A DNA stretch of 64,000 nt from Polyangiales bacterium (GTDB lineage Bacteria; Myxococcota_A; Polyangia; Polyangiales; Polyangiaceae), in assembly GCA_038230375.1 (NCBI GenBank), contig JBBRNJ010000001.1:192001-256000 (forward strand), in the 5' to 3' direction. The notes beneath the pieces are model-generated. The model had not been told where the DNA came from and searched no databases. It worked only from the letters and a program-made list of their open reading frames with translations. Made by a program: the position numbers and the translations under genes. Below, piece after piece: positions 56,280 through 64,000 of the stretch; the first letter of the stretch is position 1; each line of letters opens with the position of its first letter.

Positions 56280-58102
56280 GCCAGCAAGAATTCGGTGTGG
56301 CACGTAACTCGTTCGCCAGCGCGGGTGAGATCGACACGTTTCTGGGCACGCTCGCGCGATTCGAGAGCGGCGAGATCAGCCCCGACGAATGGCGCGCCTT
56401 CCGCCTGGTATCCGGGACCTACGGCCAGCGGCAAGAGGGCGACCTCTCCATGCTGCGCGTGAAGATCCCGCAGGGCATCCTCACGAGCGCGCAGGTGCAG
56501 GCGATCGCGCACGTCTCGGAGACCTACTCGCGCGGCTTCTCGCACGTCACCACCCGGCAAAACGTGCAGTTCCACTTCATCCCGCTCCATCAGGTCGGCG
56601 CAGCGATGAGCGTGCTCGAAGCCGCGGGCCTGACCACGCGAGAGGCATGCGGCAACTCCGTTCGCAATGTGACCACCAGCGCAACGGCCGGTGTGGCAGA
56701 CGACGAGGTGTTCGACCCCGTGCCGTTCGCAGAGGCCTTCACGCGCCACTTCCTCCGGCACCCGCTGTCCTCCACGCTGCCGCGCAAGTTCAAGGTCGCG
56801 TTCTCTGGCGGCGGGCGCGATCACTCGTTCGCGGCGATCAACGACATCGGCTTCTTTGCGCGATGGGGCGCATCCGACACGCCGTGCTTCCGCGTCGTGG
56901 TCGCCGGTGGAACGGCCACCATGGTCGCAAGCGGCCGCCTTCTCTTCACGGAGCTCCCGGCGACCGACATCCTTGCGGTGGGAGAGGCGCTGCTCGCGCT
57001 GTTCCACGCGCGCGGTGATCGGGAGCACCGCCAGAAGAACAGGATGAAGTTCCTGGTGAAGACCATGGGCTGGGACGCATTCCACGCAGAGTTTCTGACG
57101 CACTTCGAGGTCGCGAAATCACGCGCGCTGCGTCTTCCGTTCGATCCGTCGCGACCCCCGCGGGCCACGGCGCCCGCGTCGCGCACGCCCGTTCCGAGCT
57201 CCCAGGAGATAGACGCGCTGCTCGGCGCAGACCGCGTGAAGGGCCCGGGGATCGTGCCGCGGCATCTGCCCATCGTCGACGCAAAGCGCGAGGCCACACG
57301 CGCGCGATTCCTCGAGACCAACGTCGCTCGTCAGCGACAGGATGGATTCTCCATCGTGACGGTCACGCTGCCGCTCGGCGATGTGTCGTCGGGGCGGTGG
57401 CGCGTTCTATCGCGTCTGGCAGAGGCGTACGCGGATGGTGAGCTGCGCACCACGGCCACCCAGAACGTCGTGCTGCGATGGGTCCCCACCGAAGATGTGA
57501 ATGCACTCTACACACATCTGGATCGCATCGGCCTGGGCCGACCGGACCCGGTGTCCATCGCGGACGTGGGCAGCTGCCCCGGAGCGGAGTCATGCAAGCT
57601 CGCAGTCACTCAGTCGCGCGGCGTCGCGGCGCTCGTGAACGAGGAGCTAGAGAATGATCTGGCGCTCCTCGATCGCGCAAAGGGCCTCGAGGTGCGCGTA
57701 TCCGGCTGCCCGAACGGCTGCGGCCTGCACCACGTAGCGGGCATCGGACTACAGGGCGGGCTCCGCAAGGTGGATGGAAGGCCCGTCCCGCAGTACTTCC
57801 TGACAATCGGCGGAGACGCCTCCGGGGAAGTGGCGCGCTTCGGCCGTCTAGCAGCGAAGGTACCCGCGCGACGAGTCCCCGCCGCGATCCGCAAGCTAGT
57901 AGCGCTCTACGAACGAGAGCGCGAAAGCGCCGAGGAGCCAATAACCAAGTTCCTGGGCCGCGTGGACATCGCACTAGTAAAGAAGGAGCTAGCCGACCTA
58001 GAAAAGCTAGACAGCTCCACCGCCACCCCAGAAGACTTCATAGATCTAGGAGAAACCAAAGCCTTCGCCCCAACAACCACCGAAGGCGAATGCGCGGTCT
58101 GA
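56276..58102 (+). CDS. Siroheme nitrite/sulfite reductase (sulfite reductase by context)
   Basis: TTRQNVQ, ACGNSVRN, LPRKFK, CPG...C and SGCPNGC ligands. Confidence 0.9.
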   Translation: MSQQEFGVARNSFASAGEIDTFLGTLARFESGEISPDEWRAFRLVSGTYGQRQEGDLSMLRVKIPQGILTSAQVQAIAHVSETYSRGFSHVTTRQNVQFHFIPLHQVGAAMSVLEAAGLTTREACGNSVRNVTTSATAGVADDEVFDPVPFAEAFTRHFLRHPLSSTLPRKFKVAFSGGGRDHSFAAINDIGFFARWGASDTPCFRVVVAGGTATMVASGRLLFTELPATDILAVGEALLALFHARGDREHRQKNRMKFLVKTMGWDAFHAEFLTHFEVAKSRALRLPFDPSRPPRATAPASRTPVPSSQEIDALLGADRVKGPGIVPRHLPIVDAKREATRARFLETNVARQRQDGFSIVTVTLPLGDVSSGRWRVLSRLAEAYADGELRTTATQNVVLRWVPTEDVNALYTHLDRIGLGRPDPVSIADVGSCPGAESCKLAVTQSRGVAALVNEELENDLALLDRAKGLEVRVSGCPNGCGLHHVAGIGLQGGLRKVDGRPVPQYFLTIGGDASGEVARFGRLAAKVPARRVPAAIRKLVALYERERESAEEPITKFLGRVDIALVKKELADLEKLDSSTATPEDFIDLGETKAFAPTTTEGECAV

Positions 58103-58141
58103 CGACCAAGCACCGGGCCACTTCAGTCGCAGCGCGGCCCC

Positions 58142-58882
58142 TCAATCACAATTGACCTTGTCGATCATGACTGAGCACTTGCAAGAGCGGTCTTTGACCA
58201 TCTTGTTGTTCTTGCAGACAAGCTTGGTCTTCTTGTCGGTGGAGCAGGCGAACTTTCCTTCGTACTCGCTCGAGTCGCAGGTGTCGCCCAGGTCCGAGAT
58301 GGTCTCGTCGCACTCGAGCTCGGTGCCACGCTGGCGGCAGCCGTGCATTCCCTTGCAGGTGGCGCCGAGGGTCATCTTGCCGCTCTTGCAGAGGAGGAGG
58401 TTCTTCTTGTCCTCGGTGCAGGAGGCGTTTCCCTCGTTCTCCTTGGTGCATGGCGAGCCCACGGAGCTGGCGCCCAGATCGCACTTCGCGCCCTCCACGT
58501 TGGAGACGCAGCCAAGGGCGCCCTTGCACGCGTCGATCAGCTTCCAGTGACCCGTCTCGCACTTGATCATCGACTTGCGATCGCCGGAGCATGAGGGCTT
58601 GCCTTCTTCGAGGCACCCCTCGCCGACCTTGTACTCGCTGTGCGAGCAGCTGCCGTCGCCCACGACGGTCATGCACCCGGTCGGGCCTTCGCACGCGAGA
58701 GCCTCCCACTTGCCCTGGATGCAGAAGAGGCCAGTCTGCTTGTCAAGGCACTGGACCTCCCCCGCGGTCTTGCAAGCAGCTCCGGCGACAGGCGGCTTCT
58801 TGCACGCCACCACGAGAAAAGAAGCCGAAACGACGGCGGCGACGACGATCACACGCGCAGCTCTGGAGGTCCCCTTGTGCAT
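58142..58882 (-). CDS. Cys-rich repeat lipoprotein
   Basis: VVAC lipobox; about four repeats of G..C....C..D.K..L.C..GK....C.G..GC. Confidence 0.75.
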   Translation of the reverse strand: MHKGTSRAARVIVVAAVVSASFLVVACKKPPVAGAACKTAGEVQCLDKQTGLFCIQGKWEALACEGPTGCMTVVGDGSCSHSEYKVGEGCLEEGKPSCSGDRKSMIKCETGHWKLIDACKGALGCVSNVEGAKCDLGASSVGSPCTKENEGNASCTEDKKNLLLCKSGKMTLGATCKGMHGCRQRGTELECDETISDLGDTCDSSEYEGKFACSTDKKTKLVCKNNKMVKDRSCKCSVMIDKVNCD

Positions 58883-58946
58883 GGCCCCAACCCTACCATG
58901 AGAGGTAGACCAAAGAATGTCACCCGGACGTGGGTATCATCCTCTC

Positions 58947-60221
58947 GTGAGCCGCAGACTCGGGTTCCTCACCGTGACCTCATGGCTGGCCTTCGCGTGC
59001 GGAGCGGCCGCAACGCCAGGCGCAATGGGGACGAGGACGGCGACATCGACGGCGACTTCGACGGCGACCTCGACGGCGACTTCGACCTCGACCTCGACCT
59101 CGACCTCGACCTCGACCTCGACCTTGCCCTCGACCCCTTCCCTCCCCCCTCCGCCGACCTCCGACGAGGAGCGGCTCGCCGACGAGATCGCCACGCTCCG
59201 TCACGTCACCCGCAAGGCGGCTCTCCACGTCGAGACCGTGGACGAGGAGACCTTTCGCCGGCGCACTGCGCTGCCTCCGGCAGACGTGGCGACCGTGTCC
59301 ACGTACGTCGCGTTCGGTGTGATCCGCCACGACCCGCGGGCTGCGCCTCCGCCGAGTCAGCGTGCGTACCTGGGCCTCTACGATTTCTCGGCGCACGCTC
59401 TCTATCTTCGCAAGGGCCTGCCGCCGTCGAGCGAGCGTGGAGTGCTGGTTCACGAGCTCGCACACGCGCTCGAGGACCAGACCTTCGGCATGCCCGACGG
59501 CGAGGAGCGCGACGAAGATCACGCGCTCGCACTGAAGTCGCTCTACGAGGGCGACGCGATGGTCGTGCGCGAACTGTACGCGGCCTCGGCAGAGAACACG
59601 GATCCTGGAAAGCGCCTCGAGCATGCCGTGTTCGTCGTGCGGACGAACCCGCGCGCCCAGCTAGCGCGCGCGCTGGGTGTGCCAGAGATCGCCACGCGCG
59701 AGCCAAGATTCAACGAGACGATCTCCGCGTACATGGATGGGATGATCTTCGTCGCGAAGCTCTACGAGCATGGCGGCTTCCCCGCGATCGATCACGCGTT
59801 TGCGAGCCCGCCCGAGAGCACGGAGCAGATCCTGCATCCCGAGAAATTCATCGCTGGCGAGAAGCCCGTCACCGTGGAAGCACCCGCGCCGCCCGTCGGC
59901 TCCGAGAAGCTCGCGGAGGGGACGTGGGGGGAGCTTCGCACGCGCCTCTTGCTCGGTCGCTGCGGCAAGACCGCCGTCGTGGACGGATGGGGCTGGGGCG
60001 GCGACCGCTACGTCGTGGCGAAGAGCGGTGGCTCGGAGCTGTCACTGTCCTGGAGCACCGTCTGGGACACCGAGGGCGACGCGATGCGCTTCGAGAACGC
60101 GCTCAAGAACGCCGCCGCCTCGTGCTGGCCTTCGGAGCAGCGTGGCGGCATGTGGATCGGCAAGAAGGATCAGGTCCGCCGAGACGGGTTGCGTGTACTC
60201 TACACACGAGGCGCTTTCTAG
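58947..60221 (+). CDS. Lipoprotein with zinc-peptidase motif and Ser/Thr linker
   Basis: AFAC lipobox; HELAHALEDQ...EGDA; PPESTEQILHPEK; linker 59039-59122 encoded by (ACCTCG)n. Confidence 0.75.
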   Translation: MSRRLGFLTVTSWLAFACGAAATPGAMGTRTATSTATSTATSTATSTSTSTSTSTSTSTLPSTPSLPPPPTSDEERLADEIATLRHVTRKAALHVETVDEETFRRRTALPPADVATVSTYVAFGVIRHDPRAAPPPSQRAYLGLYDFSAHALYLRKGLPPSSERGVLVHELAHALEDQTFGMPDGEERDEDHALALKSLYEGDAMVVRELYAASAENTDPGKRLEHAVFVVRTNPRAQLARALGVPEIATREPRFNETISAYMDGMIFVAKLYEHGGFPAIDHAFASPPESTEQILHPEKFIAGEKPVTVEAPAPPVGSEKLAEGTWGELRTRLLLGRCGKTAVVDGWGWGGDRYVVAKSGGSELSLSWSTVWDTEGDAMRFENALKNAAASCWPSEQRGGMWIGKKDQVRRDGLRVLYTRGAF

Positions 60222-60255
60222 GACCAAATGAGCTCGCCGTGGGATACTCCCCGCG

Positions 60256-61605
60256 ATGACCTCCCTCCGCGTGCCTGCGTCGCTGCTGGGAACGCTCGTG
60301 CTCGGAGCGGGTGTTCTCCTCGCGGCGTGTGGCTCGTCGCACGACGGCAGCGCCGACGCGGACGCATCCGCCGACGCATCGCAAGGCTCGCTCGATGCAT
60401 CAGGCATTGACGCGAGCGACACCGACACGAGCCCGCCGCTCGACAACGGCGCGCCGTCCACCGTCTACCCTGCGCCGCACCCCGCGCCGCCGCAGCTCAC
60501 GAACGCGAAGGGCGGGCCGGTGCTCGCGACGCCCAAGGTGATGTTCCTCTACTACCCGGGCTACCCGTACGAGACAGCGCTCGACGCGTTGGGCCAGGCG
60601 CTCGGCGCATCCACGTACTGGGCAGCGGCCACGGCGGAGTACGGCGTGGGACCGCTCGCGTGGGTCTCGTCGAAGGAGCTCACGGGCCCTGCGCCCGCGA
60701 AGATCAGCGACACCGAGATCGACACCTTCTTCCACGACCAGCTCATCGCCAGCGCGTTCGGCCTCCCGGACACGAACACCATCTACACGTTCTTCTATCC
60801 CGCGAGCACGACCATCACCTCCGGCAGCAGCCAGAGCTGCAGCTCGTTCGGCGGCTACCACTCCAACGTCGCCGCGCAGGTCGGAGGCATGGTGAAGACG
60901 TTCGCGTATGCGGTGGTCCCCACGTGCACCGGCTTCGGCGGCCTTCAGGGCGTGCAGGAGATCACCGGCGCGCTGAGCCACGAGCTGGTCGAGGCCGTCA
61001 CGGATCCGTTTCCCACGACCAGCGCTGGCGCCGACACCGCGTACGGCAACGTGGACGACGATCACTTCGTGTGGACGCTCGGCGGCGGCGGAGAGTCCGG
61101 CGATCTGTGCGTTCCCGAACCAGATGCATTCTACAAGGATATGACGCTGGGCCTCACGGTGCAGCGCACGTGGTCCAACGCGCAGGCCGCGGCAGGCCAC
61201 GATCCATGCGCGCCGTCTCTGGGCACGCCGTTCTTCGCCAGCGCGCCCGTGCTGCCGGACGTGGGCACGGTGAAGCTGCCCATGGGCTTTGGCCGCGGCG
61301 CGGTCACGTCGAAGAGCGTGCGCATCCCCGTGGGTGAGAGCCGCGTCGTCGAGGTCGATCTCTACAGCGACCAGGCAACCAGCGGCCCATGGAAGGTGTC
61401 CGCGCGCGATGCCCTTGCCGACCTGGGCGACAACAAGACGCTCTCCTTCGTGTGGGATCGCACGTCCGGCCTGAACGGAGAGAAGCTTCACGTCACCGTG
61501 TCCGTGCACGGCACGTCCAGCTTCTTCCCCGGCGCGCATGCGTTCACCGTCTACTCCACGCTCGGCGCGTCCGTGCACGCCTGGACCGCGCTGGTTCTGG
61601 AGTAG
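60256..61605 (+). CDS. Lipoprotein with HExxE motif; paralog of 21866..23176
   Basis: LAAC lipobox; GGYH, SHELVEAVTDP, VQRTWSNA..AAGHDPC. Confidence 0.72.
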   Translation: MTSLRVPASLLGTLVLGAGVLLAACGSSHDGSADADASADASQGSLDASGIDASDTDTSPPLDNGAPSTVYPAPHPAPPQLTNAKGGPVLATPKVMFLYYPGYPYETALDALGQALGASTYWAAATAEYGVGPLAWVSSKELTGPAPAKISDTEIDTFFHDQLIASAFGLPDTNTIYTFFYPASTTITSGSSQSCSSFGGYHSNVAAQVGGMVKTFAYAVVPTCTGFGGLQGVQEITGALSHELVEAVTDPFPTTSAGADTAYGNVDDDHFVWTLGGGGESGDLCVPEPDAFYKDMTLGLTVQRTWSNAQAAAGHDPCAPSLGTPFFASAPVLPDVGTVKLPMGFGRGAVTSKSVRIPVGESRVVEVDLYSDQATSGPWKVSARDALADLGDNKTLSFVWDRTSGLNGEKLHVTVSVHGTSSFFPGAHAFTVYSTLGASVHAWTALVLE

Positions 61606-61608
61606 CGC

Positions 61609-62742
61609 ATGACCATCCCGCCCGATTCGACCACGCGCGTCGATCCGCGCACCGCGGAGCTGGAGGGGCATGCGCCCGTGCTGGTTGCGCGCGCGGCGGC
61701 GCTACGTGAGGAGCTCGTGCAGCTGCTTGCGCGCGAGCCGCTGCTCAAGATCCACTCGGTCACCGCGCGCGTGAAGTCTGCGGAGAGCCTGGAAGGAAAG
61801 CTGGCGCGCCCGGACCGCACCTACGAATCGCTCTGGGACGTGACGGATCTGGTGGGGCTCCGCGTGATCACCTACTTCGAGGACGACGTTGATCGTGTCG
61901 GTCGCCTGGTGGAGGCGCACTGGCCCGTGGACTTCGCCAACTCCACGGACAAGCGGCGGCGACGGGAGACGTCTGCCTTCGGCTACAGCTCACTCCACTA
62001 CGTCTGCACCATGACGGCGGACGGCACGCTGCCAGAGAGCGCGCGCTGCGAGGTCCAGGTGCGCACGCTGCTCGAGCACGCGTGGGCGGAGATCGAGCAC
62101 GACCTTGGCTACAAGGCAGCGGCGCAGATGCCGAAGCACGTGGAGCGCAGGCTGGTGCGCCTGGCGGGTCTCCTGGAGCTGGCCGACCAGGAGTTCGCGC
62201 GCATCCGCGACGACCTCCAGAGCTACGCACACGCGCTGCCCCGACGCATCGAAGAGAACTCCGGCGCGGTCGCGCTCGATCGGCTCTCACTCGCCTCGTT
62301 GCTCGACATGCCAGAGGCGCGCGCGCTCGATCACCGGATCGCGAAGGCCATGGGAAAGAAGCTGGGAACGGAGCCGTTCTTCCCGGAGTACCTCCTGCGC
62401 ATGCTGGCGCTCTCCGGAATAGAGACGGTGGGGGATGCGCGGGCTGGGCTCGCGAAGCACGAGGACGCGATCGTCTCCATGGTCGCGCCGTACTTCGCGT
62501 TCGCGTGGGCAAGCTTCCAGCTCTCCACGGAGGCCATGCCTCGGGCGCCGCGCGGCTACTCGCTCTTCTTCCTGGCGCACGCGACCGTGCTGTTCGCGGA
62601 GTCGCTCGGCGTGAGCAAGGCAGAGCGGCTCGCACGCCTCTATCGCGAGCTCGATTACCCGGATGACGAGAAGAAGGCGCAGAAGGTCGCGAGCGAGCTC
62701 GTACGCGCGTTCACCGGCGGGGCGCCGCCAGAAACTGGCTAG
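61609..62742 (+). CDS. RelA/SpoT-domain small alarmone synthetase
   Basis: RVKS, DLVGLR, EDD, GYSSLHY, EVQVRT..HAWAEIEH..GYK. Confidence 0.88.
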   Translation: MTIPPDSTTRVDPRTAELEGHAPVLVARAAALREELVQLLAREPLLKIHSVTARVKSAESLEGKLARPDRTYESLWDVTDLVGLRVITYFEDDVDRVGRLVEAHWPVDFANSTDKRRRRETSAFGYSSLHYVCTMTADGTLPESARCEVQVRTLLEHAWAEIEHDLGYKAAAQMPKHVERRLVRLAGLLELADQEFARIRDDLQSYAHALPRRIEENSGAVALDRLSLASLLDMPEARALDHRIAKAMGKKLGTEPFFPEYLLRMLALSGIETVGDARAGLAKHEDAIVSMVAPYFAFAWASFQLSTEAMPRAPRGYSLFFLAHATVLFAESLGVSKAERLARLYRELDYPDDEKKAQKVASELVRAFTGGAPPETG

Positions 62743-63398
62743 CCGGTGCGCAGGCGCTTGGCCGCGACGACGAGCACGTCCTCGCGTACTTCGGCGAGCG
62801 TCTTGCACCCCGTCTTCTTCAAGACGTGCCGGACGTGCGTCTTGTAGGTGTTGTCGGTGATGTCTTGCTCGTTCATGTACTGCTCGCGTGGAACGCGGGC
62901 GACAGCGGCGTTGACCAGGTCGGCCTCTGCATGGCTCAGGCGGGCCTGCCGCGCGAGCTGCTCGACGGCGACGAACAGCTCGGAGCGGGGCGCAGACTTC
63001 TCGTCCGTCGACGGGGTGCCGAGAGCCTCCGCAGCGAAGCGCCGAAGCCTCTCGACCTCGACGGGCTTGCACACGTAGGCCGCCCCCAGATCGAATGCGC
63101 GGTTGACGATGCCGACATCGAGCCGCCCAGTGCACAGCAACGCAGGCACCTGGGGATGCTGCCCGCGCACCATCGCAAGAAGGTCCAGACCGTCACCGTC
63201 ACCCAGGTTCTGGTCCATCACGAAGCCGCTCCACGCAGAATGACTGGCGAGCGCATCGAGCGCCTCTGTGATCGAAGACGCGCATCGAACCTCTGCGTAC
63301 GGCGCAAGGATGCGGCGCAGGACACCCATCACCTGCGCCTCGTCCTCGACGACGAGGAATGGCGGGAGCTCCGCGGGGAGTGCAGGGTCGGTAGGCAT
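62739..63398 (-). CDS. Response regulator with LuxR-like HTH
   Basis: LVVEDE, MDQNL..GDG, T, KP; C-terminal TYKTHV..VLKK. Confidence 0.85.
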   Translation of the reverse strand: MPTDPALPAELPPFLVVEDEAQVMGVLRRILAPYAEVRCASSITEALDALASHSAWSGFVMDQNLGDGDGLDLLAMVRGQHPQVPALLCTGRLDVGIVNRAFDLGAAYVCKPVEVERLRRFAAEALGTPSTDEKSAPRSELFVAVEQLARQARLSHAEADLVNAAVARVPREQYMNEQDITDNTYKTHVRHVLKKTGCKTLAEVREDVLVVAAKRLRTG

Positions 63399-63566
63399 GT
63401 CGTGGCAACGTCCACGCAGCCGAACAAATTAAGCGTGAGGGATTGCTTGGGTGGTTCGTTGATCCACCACCTGCTTGGCATCACCCTCACACGCAGCAGA
63501 ATCAAATCAATGATATCAACGCGGTGTAATCTTGCGCGTAGGTATGGTCCTCGCTCATCGGCGGCC

Positions 63567-64000
63567 GTGCGCACACATCCGCTCCTGTTCGCCGCCGCGA
63601 TCGCTCTCCTCAACATGGTCACCGCCGTGCCTTCCAGCGCGGAGGTCGTCCGCTCCGAAGGGCATGGGCCGCAGAAGCCGAACGTGCTGGCGATGGGTGA
63701 TGTGAAGATCTTCTCGAACGCGAGCGACGAGGTGCGACCGGACCAGGTCCGACAAGAGGCGATGAGCGCACTCGCGACGCTCGACCTGTCGAGCCTGCCC
63801 GCGTCCTCACGCAACGTCGTGTCGGTCACGCTCGTGCGCGTCGCGCCCACTGCGGAGAGCCCGGAGCCGTCGTGCGTGGTCACCGCGCTCGTGCGCGACA
63901 TGCGCAAGGAGTCACTGGTGGCGACGATCGAGACACGCGCGCGGGCACCGCTCGGCAGCACCGCCGCGTCGAACGCTCGAGAGAATCACGCGATGATGCG
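63567..64000 (+). CDS. Secreted hypothetical protein (runs off the window)
   Basis: Open frame from GTG with signal-like LLFAAAIALL...SSA; no stop before the window end. Confidence 0.55.
   Translation, partial: MRTHPLLFAAAIALLNMVTAVPSSAEVVRSEGHGPQKPNVLAMGDVKIFSNASDEVRPDQVRQEAMSALATLDLSSLPASSRNVVSVTLVRVAPTAESPEPSCVVTALVRDMRKESLVATIETRARAPLGSTAASNARENHAMM

Overview
High-GC window, probably myxobacterial (Polyangiaceae-like; inferred from Ser/Thr kinase-TPR/PEGA clusters, many lipoproteins and paired PilT genes). Most of it is ordinary: asd, a CvfB-family gene, an ECF sigma/anti-sigma/DsbA operon, a dimethylglycine-dehydrogenase-like gene, frmA, a D-aminoacylase, a divergent sulfate-assimilation cluster and a RelA/SpoT-domain synthetase. 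Two regions stand out. (1) 30.17-35.53 kb is a single-orientation RNA-rich operon that the ORF track largely misses. It has a sigma70-like promoter, a putative leader peptide with terminator, 10 atypical tRNA genes, a Ro60/TROVE gene, a tandem set of four Y-RNA-like genes (two with the permuted T-arm/D-arm YrlA module) and an HNH nuclease, with no rtcB/rtcA/rtcR in the window. (2) 43.5-46.98 kb is a J-domain/pseudokinase + vWA + divergent PurA-like module under a palindromic operator, running into two PilT ATPases. Also notable: a porin in the cysDN operon interrupted by a single in-frame TGA. All calls were made by eye from motifs and base-pairing; no searches were run.
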